NCBI RefSeq assembly: GCF_009914755.1
Contig: NC_060927.1
Length of the DNA: 64,000 bases
DNA from: the human T2T-CHM13v2.0 reference genome, Homo sapiens
Reading direction: 5' to 3' (one strand)
The position numbers and the translations under genes were made by a program. This document shows positions 1 to 13,696 of the stretch, one piece after another (within the stretch, counting starts at the first letter, position 1; every line of letters begins with the position of its first letter). The notes beneath the pieces were generated by a model. That model had not been told where the DNA came from. It worked only from the letters and a program-made list of their open reading frames with translations, and did not search any database.

Positions 1-873
1 TATCTTGTGTTGGATTCATTTATACTTAGAATTGTTATATCTCTCTGCTGAATTGGTCCCTTTATCATTATATAATAATCTTATTTATTTATTTTTATTT
101 ATTTAGTTTTTAACATTTTTTTACTTAAAGTGTAGTTTATCTGAGTATAGCTACTGCTGGTCTCTTTTGGTTTCCATTTGTGTGAAACATCTTTCCCCAC
201 CCCTTTACTTTCGGTCTACGTGCCTTTGTGGATAAGGTGAGTTTCTTGTAAGCAGCATATAGTTTGATGATTTTTAAAAATCCATTCTACCAATCTATTT
301 TAAGGGACCACTTAATCAATTTATGTTCAAAGTTAATAATGATTTTTACATTTTGTTTCTGCATATTGTTAAGTGTTTTATACTTGTTTTATAAATTATA
401 TGTTTCTTTTTCTCTGTCTTTGAAGTTAAGTAGAATTCTATAGTGAAGGCAATTGATTCCTTTCTATTTCTCCTTTGTGTGATTCTTTTATCTACGAGTT
501 TTATACTTTCATGTGCTTTCACAATGGTGAATATTGATTGTCTTTTATTTCTACATTTAGAATACCTTAGAGCATTTTTTGTGTAGTCGATCTTGTGATG
601 ATTAATTACTTGTGCATTTGCTTGTCTGAGAATGGCTTCATTTCTTTATTACTTATAAAGTTTAATCTTGCTTCACATAGTATTCTTGGCTGGTTGTTTT
701 TTTCTTTCAGCACTTTGAATATGCCATCCTATTCTCTTGTGGCCTGTAAGGGCTCTGCTGAGCAGTTGTTATCAGTCTTACAGGCTTTCCTTTAGAGATG
801 ACTAGACAAGTTTCTCTTGCTGATTTCAGAACTATTTCCTTCAGTTTGTCTTTAGAAAATCTGATTATAGTAT
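1..873 (-). mobile_element. Old LINE-1 fragment (ORF2 5' part, inter-ORF region, ORF1 3' part), left piece, interrupted by an ERV
   Basis: 1-300 aligns by eye to the L1PA endonuclease region at ~32210-32520. The minus-strand peptide IIRFSKDKLKEIVLKSARETCLVISKGKPVRLIT resembles L1 ORF1p (compare IIDRFTKVEMKEKMLRAAREKGRVTHKGKPIRLT in ORF 32825-33016). Confidence 0.85.
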
Positions 874-1092
874 TGAGACGTCCTTGCGGGAGGGGGTCCC
901 CAGAAATACTCCAAATGACCCATTCACTGGAGATGTGCACTGAGGTGGAGCCACAAAAATTCACACTGTTTGCAGTAAGGAGGAGCCTGGCCCCTTTTCT
1001 TTCTGTGTGGAACCTGGGATTTGAACAGCCGGATGGGAAGCACTCTACCAGGGACCCCAACTTTAGCTGAACTAAGGAAAATTCCTGCAACA
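874..1092 (+). mobile_element. 5' LTR (MER61-like), ~118 bp internal deletion relative to the 3' LTR
   Basis: TG...CA termini; shares GGGGGTCCCCAGAAATACTCCA and CTTTAGCTGAACTAAGGAAAA with 5785-6121; 219 bp versus 337 bp. Confidence 0.88.
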
Positions 1093-1097
1093 TTTTT

Positions 1098-1115
1098 TGG
1101 CACCCTACGTGGGGC
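1098..1115 (+). promoter_or_regulatory. Retroviral primer binding site, tRNA-Lys(CUU) type
   Basis: TGGCACCCTACGTGGGGC is a 16/18 match to the tRNA-Lys1,2 PBS TGGCGCCCAACGTGGGGC, 5 nt after the LTR end. Confidence 0.8.
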
Positions 1116-1569
1116 TTGATAAGTGGTGAATAAAATGGGGACTCAAAACCTCTCACTGTGGCTTCTAAGCCTTTTCATCCTCAGATGTCTGAGCTTACGG
1201 GAAACTTCACCCTCACACCCGTATCACTCCAGGGGGTTGGGGGCCTTTTCACAGGCTTTTCTTTTTTGGAAAAGACTGACAAACAGCAGCTCCCCTCTAC
1301 CCTCCCCTCTGTACTGGGTTGGAGTTACATGATCCAAGGTGCCTGGGGCAGCTGGCTGGTTTCCAACCACACTACCAGAACCCTCTCTTCCTCTGCCAAG
1401 GGGTTCGGCTCCACTGGACAGTAATTAAACTATTTTCCCTGTTGGAGGAACCACTTGCATAAGAACAAAAGGTTCTTTCCTAGGCATTTTTACACCTTTC
1501 TTTTCTTCCCCTTCACTACCCCACAGCAGTTAACCTTTAAAGAATTTTTTTTTCCTCTTAGAAGACATT

Positions 1570-1771
1570 GTTTATGACTGCATAGTATTCCATGGTGTAT
1601 ATGTGCCACATTTTCTTAATCCAGTCTATCACTGTTGGACATTTGGGTTGGTTCCAAGTCTTTGCTATTGTGTTAGTGGGTGCAGCGCACCAGCATGGCA
1701 CATGTATACATATGTAACTAACCTGCACAATGTGCACATGTACCCTAGAACTTAAAGTATAATAAAAAAAA
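1570..1771 (+). mobile_element. Very young (L1HS/L1PA2-like) 5'-truncated, 5'-inverted LINE-1 with TSD
   Basis: 1570-1672 is an inverted ORF2 C-terminal segment. 1673-1771 is the sense 3' UTR end (TTAGTGGGTGCAGCGCACCAGCATGG...CTAACCTGCACAATGTG) plus polyA. TSD AAGACATT at 1562-1569 and 1772-1779. Confidence 0.92.
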
Positions 1772-2440
1772 AAGACATTTTTACTAGGCCAGGCCTCACA
1801 ACTTTTACTGTTTATATTTCCTGTGAAATTTTGGTTGTGAAATGAAGCCTCCGTTTTGTTTTACATCCTGAGGGGATAGCTTGTAACTTTGGTGGGAGAC
1901 TTTGTTTACCAATCCTGCCTTAGGGAAAGTTTCTTTAAGACTTGATACCTGCTTGTTCTCCTAGCCCTGTCTCTTAACAAACCCACCTGGGGACTGGGTT
2001 TTCCCCTCCCTGTCTGTGTGTGTGATGTGTCTAATGTCTGTAAAAAGTGCTCTAATTAATTTGGCCTAAAGAAAGATAAATGCTTGGATCTAATATTTTT
2101 TAAGGGAACATAAAATCTGTGGTGCCCTTCTTTTTGGGTGACTTTAATCTTTAAGAAATAAAAACTTCCCTAAAGATTCTTGGTAAAATTCAGATCAGAT
2201 GCAAGATTTGCTAAGTGTTTTAAGGTAACAAACTGCTTTTTGGGTTTTGAGAACTATTTGACTTGCCGGCTTCACAACTGGTAGGGCCTGGGGACATATG
2301 AAACTAACTACAACCCTAATTAAGAAGGCAAATGTTGACTGCACTTAGGACACAATTAAAGAAACTGAACAGGTTTTACCTTAAAGTTAAAAATCGCTAG
2401 GAGATAACTAAAACTACTAAAAATAGATTTGAACAGTGAA

Positions 2441-2734
<294 letters not shown>

Positions 2735-5341
2735 GAAATGTGTTTTTTAATAAAAAGTTATAAGAAGGCATGGAAATGTAAACTTTTGCCTAGGATTAAA
2801 GAATTGTTTTGAGTTAAATTAGGAAAAAGCTGAAGGTTCAAAGAAGAGATGGAAGAATTGTGGAAATTAATCTTGCAGAAGAGGTTCTCTCTGGGAACAT
2901 ATTGACTAAATTTTTTTAAAAAAGGTATTATATGTATTTTCTGTAAATTAAGCATTCGAATAAAAGCATAACAAGGTTTTCCTAAGGCACTAATGTGCTC
3001 TTTGGCAAAATTTGTAAAGGGTTATAAAAGGTTTATGCTTCTTTCAAATATCTGAGTCATCATTTTGGCAAAATAATTTATGGTAATCTGAAATCCTATT
3101 TTATAATATCAAGTGTTTCAAACCTCAAACATTTAGCAGCCTTCCCAAAAGCTAACTTCAGTTTCAAAATTGTCTTTCCTGGTAGCTGGCTTTTCGAATA
3201 TGTCAGATGGCCCCTGAAGTGTCCATAAAAGAGAACTAAACAGGATTAGCTGACACATTTAGGTACACGGGATGGCCAAAATGATGCTCAATCTTTTTTA
3301 GGTTATATCTTGGTAAATAATGCTGATGTATGTTCCAAAATTGTATGGGATTTCTAAAATTCTAATATCTGAGTATATGCTGTCAATCATAATTAAGGTT
3401 TTATGTTACTTTAAACCACAGAGGTAACTAAACTTCTTTATCAATTGTGTTCATAACTGCAACTACCCTGGACATTTTGCTATACACAGACAATTGTTGT
3501 CTTGTTTTAATTATTTTCAAAAGATGGTTTATAATAAACTATAGAACTTTAAAAGGTGCTTTCAAATACAAACTTCCAATAACATTGGAAATTGAAACAT
3601 TAGAATAAAGGAAAATATACAGGACTAATGAAGAGCTGAAATGTTAAGGAATATCAAGCAAAACAAGAGTTAACTAAGTGAACTGAACTCAGGAAGCTAA
3701 AGTAAACTTTCTGACTTTTGCTTGGAATATTGCTGATCCATGTTTTGTTTTTCACACTCAAGGAAACTTGTTTTGAACTATTTATGGCCTTTAATAAATA
3801 AGTAACATATACTCCTGTGATCAAGATTTGGAGCATGTTTGTTTCTCTCTGCCTGTTCCTCTAGAATTTGAAAACTAACTGTGAGTATCATTATGGAAAT
3901 ATAGTTGTTTACATCAGTGCAATAAGAATCCATTTTTTCTTTTGCTATGGAACAGAATTGGAGAAAGAGGTTATTTTACCAAGGCTTCTACTGGAAAAAT
4001 ATGCTTCCTTTTAAGGAGTCAATGTCAACTTGCAGACTAAATAAAAGCCCCGTGGGGAGATTGGCATCTAACCCTTGTTTACGCAGTCTCTGTACAGGGA
4101 GTCTGACCTGTGGTCAGTAAAGAATGTCACTTTCTAACAGGCCCAGGAGCTCCAAGTTTATTATGGGGCCTTAAGAGGAAAGGATCACCCAACTCACAGG
4201 TAACTAAGGATGCAAATCCACAGTTGGGCTTGGCTTTAAAAGGCCTTTTCTGAGATTACTTATGGAATGAACTTCCATCAAAGCCAATCCCAAAAGCCTA
4301 TGTAGAGATAATTATTATTGCTGCACTTTCTGCAAATAATCAGACCAAGTATAAAACGAAAGCCTATTTTGCAAGCCACTCAGTCCTATGATGATTTGTG
4401 TTTTAATAAACACGACTGGAGAGAGAGAAATCATGTGTCAAAATTTATCATATATTTTTAATTAAATTCTAAACTCACTAGTTGTTTTTAAGTTTTAACC
4501 TACATTTCAGACTAACCTTGCTTGTTCCTGTGAACCTACCAGCAATCTCCAGCTGGAACTCAGAAAGTACAAGAGAAATGGGTAATATAAAAATCTGGAT
4601 CAATATTCTAGTTCTGAACAATTATCCTGCAAATCCTGACAGTTGATGAGAATAAACGCGATGCCCATTACTTGGAGTTTTTCTTTTTGGGAAAGTAAGA
4701 CCAAGGGAGCTAATCAGAGCTAAGCCTCATGCATCCAAATCTTAGCAGGCATAACTATAGACACCAGTTATCTGGGTGGGTCACAAGACATCTTTTCCTC
4801 TCCCTTGTTGGAGAAGGACTCAGTTCCACAGTTTCACCTTATCATTCAGCTTATGACAGGACCATGCAAGCCCCTGAGGCACATTTTTTCCCAAACTCAA
4901 TTCCAAGCTTTGGGTCAAAGCCCTAGGAAGGAAAACTGGATGTGAGGTATTCAGAGGCAAATGACAACAGAGGTTTAAAGGCACAGCACAGTTGACCATG
5001 GCTGATTCCTGCCAATAAGCCAACCCCAATCTTCCTGTTTCATGGATAAAGACCACATTAGTATCCACGGTATAAATGAGATCTAGGGAACTCTAAGGTT
5101 ACTGACAGTAGGTAGGTAAGAGACATAGGTTAGAGTGGATAATTCCTATTCTCTAGGCCCTCCTTGCTTCATGGGTGCAAGCTGCTTTAACAACCATGGC
5201 AGCACCTGCCTAGGTCGCTTGAATTCGGGAATGCAAGGATGGAAGAAGGAAAAAAGAATGTTCTTCCTTCTCTCCCTCATGCTCCCTGGGTATCTGCTTG
5301 AAAGAAAAGGAAACCAGGGATGCCCACTCCCCTCTTTCTAA

Positions 5342-5415
5342 ATGGGTAGCCATTTATCTTCAGTTTGTATACCTTTAGAATGCATCCTGAACCCGTGGGA
5401 CTCCTTTGAAAAAAT
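5342..5415 (+). pseudogene. ERV gag N-terminal (matrix) relic
   Basis: Translates to MGSHLSSVCIPLECILNPWDSFEK, resembling the class I HERV Gag start MG..S...PL.CIL..WD.F; it runs into a polyT tract. Confidence 0.6.
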
Positions 5416-5422
5416 GCCTTCC

Positions 5423-5454
<32 letters not shown>

Positions 5455-5604
5455 CCTCTGTCCTCTCTTCACCGATAGGTAATTGTGTCTCTGTACTACG
5501 TGACACTCCCATTGGATGCATCCTCCAATCTGGAAAGAGTTAATTTCCTAAACCTTAAACTGGTTGGCTTAGTATTGGGCTCAGGGGAAGGGAACCCAAC
5601 AGTC

Positions 5605-5660
5605 ATGAAACTGGAGCCTCTGATGATTGTCCCTTCTGCTGGGAACCCTTAGATAGGCCT
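5605..5660 (+). pseudogene. ERV env cytoplasmic-tail relic
   Basis: MKLEPLMI / FCWEPLDRP across a frameshift resembles the QMEP...YRRPLDRP tail of class I env; it lies upstream of the purine tract AGCGGGGGAA (5775-5784). Confidence 0.5.
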
Positions 5661-5784
5661 CCGAGGGAGATCTGACTGCCGTTTCCCCAGGACAGCGCCA
5701 CCTATCAACAGGAAACAGGTAAGATCCGTCTTTGTTCTTACACTTGATTTAATGGCAGTAAGATGTACTTCTTTAGCGGGGGAA

Positions 5785-6121
5785 TGAGACAGCCAGGTGG
5801 GAGGGGGGTCCCCAGAAATACTCCAGCTGACCTGCACACTGGAAATGCATGCTAGGGTGGAGCCACAGAAATTCACGCTATCTGCAGCAAGGACGAGTCC
5901 TTTCTCCTCCTGTGTGAAACCTGGGATTCAAACGGCTAGGTGGGAAGCACTGTAGCAGGAACTTTGGCCTAGCAAGAGTCCCTGTTTCCCCTTTTTCTTC
6001 CTTTTCACCCAATAAAACCCTGCTTTCCTCACCCTTCAAACACCTGCAAGCATAAATTTTTGTGGCTGTGGGAGAAACAAGGACCCTTTCTTTAGCTGAA
6101 CTAAGGAAAAGTCCTGCAACA
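5785..6121 (+). mobile_element. 3' LTR (MER61-like) with polyA signal
   Basis: TGAGACAGCCAGGTGGGAGGGGGGTCCCC...GTCCTGCAACA; AATAAA at 6011. Confidence 0.88.
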
Positions 6122-7440
6122 ATGACTTTTGGTGATGTCCTTTTTTTGCAATGTATTGTTTCTAGAAATTGCTAGGCATCTCTGTTGGAGTATCTAAAGC
6201 TCTTGATAGATTTGGGAAGTTTTTTCAATGATTTCGTTAATAGGTTTTCTAAACTTTTTTCATAATTTCTCCCCTTTGGAATACTAATAATTCTTAAGTT
6301 TTATTACTTTATGTAGTTTCAAATTTCTTGAAAGCTTTATTTAAAAATGTGTATTAAAAATATGACTGTATTATTTCAAAACACTTGTCTTCAAATTCTG
6401 CTGTTGTTTTCTTCTGCTTGGTATAGTTTATTGTCTAATCTTTCAAGTATACTTTATAATTCCTCTAAAAAATTTTTATTACCAGAATTGTTGTCTGATT
6501 TTTTAAGACTATATCTGTCTCTTTGATAAACTTGCCATTCATAGTACCTTGCTTTTTTATGTTTCCTTTATCTTTATGTGGATTTCTGCACAACTAGAGC
6601 AGCAGATTATTTTTATTTTTGAATTTACTTTTGTTGAGGGGAACTTTTTCTTGACGATATTACTATAATATTGGTTGGGTAGAGCTGTCTGACTTGGCTT
6701 TTGGGTGTGTGACACTGTATAATTCTCTGTAATTTCATTTGCTGTAAATAGCCTTAGTGGTTTCTGTGCATTCTTTGGTGTGTTAGAGTGTGGTTATTGG
6801 TAGGGGCTGTGGTAAGGTTGTGCTGGGGACTGAAATGCGTGATGGGTCCTTCCTCAGTTTCCAGTGGTAGTAGTGGTGGGATAAGTTTGTCTATCCTTGT
6901 GCCTTTGGGCAGCATATTCTGGCACCTGTGTTGACAGTTTTAAGCAGGCAGATTATTGGCCTTCTGGGTAACTTTCTTGGATGCCAATTGTACTCATTGC
7001 TAGGAGTGTACCAGTCAGGGGAGCAGGCCCTCAACCTCCTGTGGCATCTGGGTGGGCATGGGTGATGGCAGTAGCAGTAGTCATGAGAAGCTCTTCTAGT
7101 TACCATGGATTATGCTCTTGTGCTAGCAGTTGTTGCAATGGGTATGTAGGCTTGCCTCTAGGCAACTACTTGGTGCTTGCAGGTAAAATTCAGCTTAATG
7201 GTTGTGATGGGATTTATGCCTGACTTGTGTTCCCTGGTAGAAGTGGTCAGGTGTTTCAGGTGTTGGATTAGGTTGCAGAACCCCCAGAGGCCTGGATCTT
7301 ATTCTCTGAATCAGAGCAGGGACAAAGTTGGGTAGATGTAAACAAGGAAAACTTGCACTTATACTCTTCATTAGAGGGTGCATGCATTAGCTTTGATGGG
7401 AGTGGTGGGACAGTCCTCAGGCAACTTGTAAACATCAAGA
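6122..7440 (-). mobile_element. Old LINE-1 continuation (ORF1 5' part and GC-richer 5' UTR-like region)
   Basis: The sequence resumes the L1 ORF1 antisense pattern broken at 873 (compare 32990-33300); the right boundary is approximate. Confidence 0.7.
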
Positions 7441-10067
7441 CTAGAAATTTGAAGAGCATGTATTTGTGTGTGTATATATATGTATGTATTTCATAAATAG
7501 TTCAATTGTGTATTAAATATATGGTTAATTTCAAAGTGAGGTGGTTTTCCTTGAGAACCACTCAGACTAACTGACCATTTCTGTTAGAAAGGAAGGCTAT
7601 TTCTTTCTCTGCAAGAGAAGAAGGCTGTTATCTTACTGTCTCTTGAACAGTTTGTAATGTCACAAAAAATAGTGACAAAACAAAGACAGGTTGCATTTTT
7701 GTCTTTTTATATAGTCTAAAATATCTTAGGAGTCTTTTCTGAGCCAAGAGGAGACTGTTGGTTCTTTGATAACATATCTTTTAAAAAATCCACTTAAGAG
7801 ATTTTGGAGGCACCATTAATCAGAGGACATGGGGTATACCACTAGGGCTGAAAGCTGATGGACATGTCAGAAAAGTTCACCCCGGAAGAACGAAAGCCAT
7901 GCCCTGCATATGTGAAAAGCATGGTTTGCCATAAGGACATTCCAAATTATCTATGTGCCTACAGTTATGTTTGGACAGCTTCCATAAACAGGACTCTGGC
8001 AGTCAGGAGAGAAATTCAAATATGATTACAATATAAGTCCTTCCTTTAATCAACTCAACACAATACTGCCTCAACCTGGAAATAACCAGAAAGGAGAGAC
8101 AAAAAAATTAATTTAAAAAACAGACCATTTCCAATTATTTTACTGTCGGTGCCTGTACCAAATTGAGTTCCAGTCTGGGTTGAGGAGAAGCTTTGAAAAG
8201 CATCCAGAATCAATGTTTTACATTTAACTAGAATATAACATTTTTTTCAATAAGTGAAGCATTAAAATTTTAAATTAAAAATGTAAGAAACTTAATTGAA
8301 ATATAAAAACGGTTCTTATATTTGAACCCCAGAAGCCATTAAATCTGATGAGAGTTTTTCAAAGGTTAATTTAGAATGAGTCAATAAATATCATGGAAGG
8401 CAACAATGGGGAAAAAAGCCATTACCCATGTGTATCACAAATATAGAAAATTTTAAATTAAACTGATTACTAATGAGAATAATTTGTATTAGGTATGATG
8501 GATGGTTTTTACTTATATATGACCATGATGATCAGTTAAATTTATTCTAACCAACAGTACATTGAGTTGTTCTAGTTGCATATATTTTCCAACCAGAACA
8601 ACTCAGTGAGGAAAATGCAAAATAAGGGTAATATTTTTTGAATACCCTTACAGTATCAGTTACTTTGCATATACTGTATCTTAGTTCATTATTTTTAATA
8701 CTTACTACAGCACTTCAATATGTGGGAGTTTTGTTTTGAAAAGAAACAATGAGAAATAACAATTACACTTCCTAAAATAATGACTAATACACAATTAGAT
8801 GACCATCACAATACTCCTATCATTTCAAGACAGGTTTTAGGACAAATGACTGACTTATCTATATAAATTTAAGTTTTCAAAGAATATATTTTCTTTTAAT
8901 ATTAGTGGAAAAAATTAACAGGAAGCTGGCATATTCATTAGGTGAAATAAGTGAAACAAACTCCATTGATACAAAATGGGAAAGTATTCTGTTACTTGTA
9001 TATTTGGAACATACAGGTTATGATAATGTAAACTGGATGATGTGAATTATCTCACAGAGGTTAAGTTTAGGTGATTATATTAAAGTCAGTAAGTAGGAAA
9101 TTGCTATAATTTGCACTAACGGGAGTGTCAAGGTCATATACAAACCCTATGTAATCCAAAAAAAGAAAAAAATAGTATTAATAACAAAAAAATCAGTTGA
9201 AAGGGCATATAATTAAGCTAAAATTAAATAAAATTCATAAAGTGAAGACACAATTTAAATATTAGTTCAGGAAACAGGATGAGAGATTCAAACTGAAAGA
9301 AATAATGACTAAGAGCAAATCAGTCAGGAAAGTAATATAGCATTACAAAGTGTCCCTGACAGCAGTAGTGCTAAATACTTGAAGACTATATGAATGTTGA
9401 CTGCTTTAGAAACTTGGTCAAAGTGATCATAAGACCCTAGGCAAAATAATAATGGATATGGTATCCAAGTTGCTCAGACAGTCATAGATTTGACTGGACG
9501 TATATATCACAGTCAGTCTAAAAGGGTGAAGGGGAAAATATGCACAAGACTAAAGGGAAGGTGGGATGTGCTAAGCATAGAAATAAGCTGTGCTGCTGAA
9601 ATAATGCTGAAAATAGTATATTGTATTTTCAGAAAAAAAAGTATAGTAGAATACTAAAGTAGAAAGACTCTACTATAACTAAGAGACCACTTGACATAAA
9701 ATTATATATTTGTTAATATATATCCAATTTGTGAAAAACAAGGTACTGTAATAATAAAATATTGAAAATATTATCTAAGCATACTTAATATACTTTTAAA
9801 ACTATTGAGAACAATTAATAACTTTGGGTTTTTAAAGAAGCAATCAACTGAATAAGACCTAAAACTAAATCTCTTTATAGTGGAAAAATAACATAAGTTC
9901 TAATGCTGCTTTCTATAAAGAGTATAGAGAGGAAACATGGTATAAGTGTATAAGTTCACTTTTAGAATACATTTAACATTTGTTACAAGACAGAAACATG
10001 ATTCTAAACATTTAGCTAAAAACAACAATAAACATTAAATACATTAGAAACCAGAATATTAGTATTT

Positions 10068-10073
<6 letters not shown>

Positions 10074-10098
<25 letters not shown>

Positions 10099-10126
10099 CT
10101 GTGTTTGTGTGTTGTGTATGTGTGTG
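10074..10126. repeat. (TG)n microsatellite with degenerate tail
   Basis: Seen directly. Confidence 0.95.
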
Positions 10127-10339
10127 AATGACAGAGGCTTTTTTCTAGTAGTTCCTCCCAGAAAATCTGTCTGTAAAAAATCTTGGTCAAAATATGCAGA
10201 AATGTACAATTGGAAATATGTCTCTGGCTGTGTTTAAACTTTGTAATGAAGATGCACAATTGAAAGAGATTCTTTGTCACTGGCCTGTCTGGAACAACTA
10301 TGCCCAGAGAATGTAGAAATAGCTATGAGGATAATCGAT

Positions 10340-10480
10340 CTGTATGCTAACCCTACCTCAGAAACCAATTCACACTGACCTTGTTCAAGTTACTTAACTG
10401 TTCTTAAGCTTTCCCATCTGAAGCAATAAAGACCTTATCTAGCGGTGAGTTGTGGGTATTGATTAGCAAATGTTCTGAGA
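10340..10480 (+). mobile_element. MIR fragment
   Basis: TGACCTTGTTCAAGTTACTTAAC...TTCCCATCTG resembles the MIR core. Confidence 0.5.
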
Positions 10481-10605
10481 GTTCTGTGCAGATGGAAGAA
10501 ACAGGACGTAAAGGATAAATGAAAATTTTATAGACAAGGAGGCTTCAGTTAAGGCTTTCAATGATCATATACACGTTCATCTCACTATTAAAAATAAATA
10601 AATTG

Positions 10606-10920
<315 letters not shown>

Positions 10921-11417
10921 TAAGTTGGAAAGGTGACATTTTAAAAACACATGAAGATGCAAGTATTAAAGATTATAGTTATTAAAAGACAATCTATAAT
11001 ATATTGGTTGCCTACCTTATTTTATTACAATTACTCAAAATAAATAACTGACACACATATACCAGCAAAAATTCTCATAGGATGGAACTAAATAAAATTT
11101 TCTACATACGAATATGCATTTAAAAAGTAAAAACTGCTCAAATTGTGTTTTAAAACCATGAATTACTATGTGCAAGATAAATTCCTGAGTCTTAATAAAA
11201 TTTAATATTATCTGTGTGATGATAACCATAAAAGGCAAATTTTAGTGCAATTTTGGTATAGTATAAATTATTTATCAATATCTAATTTGAAATATATAAA
11301 CTACAAACTGTGAGACTCTTCAAAATAAATATTTGTTATAAAACCATATAGAATAATTTTTAGGCATATTAATTCAGCCAACTAGTTTGCTTATATGTAA
11401 CAATCATTTTTACTAGC

Positions 11418-13696
11418 TGTATTAGTCTGTTCTCATGCTGCTAATAAAGACATACCTCAAACTGGGTAATTTATTTAAAATAAAAAAAGATGTTGAATGG
11501 ACTCACAGCTCCATGTAGCTGGGAAGACCTCACAATCATGACAGAAAGCAAAGAAGGAGAAAAGTCACACCTTACATGGCAGTAGGCAAGAGAGAGAGCA
11601 TGTGGAAGGGAACTCCCCTTTATAAAACCATCAGATATTGTGAGACTTATCACTATCAAGAGAACAGCACAAAAAAGACACATGCCCATGATTCAGTTTC
11701 CTCCCACTGTATCTCTCCCATGACACATGGAAATTATGGGAGCTACAGTTTGAGATTTGGGTGGAGATACAAAGCTTAACCATATCATTCCAATCCTGGC
11801 CACTCCCAAATCTCATGTCCTCACATTTCAAAACTAATCATGCCTTCCAAACAGTCCCCAAAGTCTTAACTAATTTCAGCATTAACTGAAAAGTCCACAG
11901 TACAAAGTCTCAATTGAGACAAGGCAAGTTCCTTCCCCTCTGAGCCTGTAAAATCAAAAGCAAGTTAGTTACTTCCTAGATACAATGGGGGGTACAGGCA
12001 TTCCTAGATACAATAGGAGGTATATCCATTCCAATTGAGATAAATCGTCCAAAACAAAAGGGTTACAGCCACATGCAAGTCTGAAATCTAATAGAGTAGT
12101 AATTAGGCCTTAAAGTTCCAAAGTGATATCCTTTGACTTCATGTCTTACATCTAGGTCATGCTGATGAAAAAGGTAGGTTCCCATGGCCTTGGAAAGCTG
12201 CACCCCTGAGGCACTGCAGGGTATAGCCCCCCCTCCTGGCTGCTTTCATGAGCTGGCTTTGAGTGTCTTTGGCTTTTCTAGTTTCATGGTGCAAGCTGCT
12301 ATTGAATGTACCATTCTGGGGGATGGTGGACAGTAGCCCTCTTCTCACAACACCAGTAGGCAGTACCCAATGAGGACTCTGTGTAGAGGCTCCAGCTTCA
12401 GAATTCCCTACCACAATGCTCTAGCAGAGGTTCTGCATGAGGGCCCCATCCCTGAAGCAAACTTCTGCCTGGACATCCAGGCATTTCCCTACATCTACTG
12501 ATATCTAGGTGGAGGTTACCAAACCTCAGTTCTTTACTTATGTGCACCAACAGGATCAACACCACGTGGAAGTTGCCAAGACTTGGGGCTTGTAACCTCT
12601 GGAGCCATGGCCATGGCTGTACCTTGGCCCCTTTTAGCCACAGCTGGAGCAGCTGGGATGCAGGGCACTAAGTCCTTAGGCTGCACACAGAACAGGGGCC
12701 CTTGGCTAGGCCCACAAAATGATTTTTTCTTCTGAGGCCCCAGGCTTGTGATGGGAGAAACTGCCATGAAGTCTTTGACATGCCCTGGAGATGTTTTCCC
12801 CATTATCTTGGTGATTAACATTGGGCTTCTTATTACTTATATAAATTTCTGCAGCAGGCTTAAATTTATTCACAGAAAATGGGTTTTTCTTTTCTACTGC
12901 ATTGTCAGGCTGCAAGTTTTCCCAATTTTTATGCTCTGCTCCCTCTTGAACATCTTGCCGCTTAGAAATTTCTTCCCCGAGGTACCCTAAATTGTCTCTC
13001 TCAAGTTCAAAGTTCAACAGATCTCTAGGGCAGGGACAAAATGTCATCACTTTCTTTGTATAGTGAGTGACCTTACTCCAGTTTCTAACAAATTCCTCAT
13101 CTCCATCTGAGACCACCACAGCCTGGACCTTATTGTCTATATCACTATCAACATTTTTGTCAAAGCCATTCAACAAATCTCTAGGACGTTCCAAACTTTC
13201 CTGCATTTTCCTGTCTTCCTCTGAGTCCTCCAAACTGTTACAATCTCTGGCTGTTACCCAGTTCCAAAACTGCTTCCACATTTTTGGGAATCTTTACAGC
13301 AGCACCCCACCACCTAATACTAATTTAATGTATTAGTCTGTTCACACACTGCTAATAAATTAGTCTCATGCTGCTGAGACTGGGTAATTTACAAAGAAAA
13401 AGAGGTTTCATTTTCTCACAGTTCTGCCTGCGTGGGGAGGCCTCACAATCATGGTGAAAGGCAAAGGAGGAGCAATGTCATGTTGTACATGGCCACAATC
13501 AAGAGACAGTGTGTTCAAGGGAACTCCCCTTTATAAAACCATCAGATCTTGTGAGACTTAATCACCGTCATGAGTGTAGCGTGGGAAAGACCCATCTCAT
13601 TATTCAATTACTTCTCACTGGGTCTCTCTCACAACATGTGAGAATTATGAGAGCTACAATTTGAGATATGGGTGGAGACACAGCCAAACTGTACCG
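11418..13696 (-). mobile_element. Complete THE1 MaLR element (THE1C-like): LTR 11418-11787, internal 11788-13328, LTR 13329-13696
   Basis: Two ~370 bp LTRs each starting TGTATTAGTC on the + strand; typical THE1 internal sequence; perfect 5-bp TSD CTAGC (11413-11417, 13697-13701). Confidence 0.95.
12706..13281 (-). pseudogene. Residual THE1 internal (MaLR gag-derived) ORF, 191 aa
   Basis: SLEDSEEDRKMQESLERPRDLLNGFDKNVDSD...VVSDGDEE is the characteristic MaLR internal ORF; downstream parts continue in other frames. Confidence 0.8.

Noticed and set aside
1098-1115. tRNA-like sequence
   Set aside because: It is only the 18-nt retroviral PBS complementary to a tRNA 3' end; there is no tRNA gene body.
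707-1156. 149-aa minus-strand ORF
   Set aside because: It is a chance read-through from antisense ERV LTR/leader into a degenerate L1 ORF1 fragment, with no gene-like features.
5840-5860. p53 site in the MER61-like LTR
   Set aside because: Only an imperfect half-site-like ATGCATGCTA is visible; there is no full double RRRCWWGYYY element.
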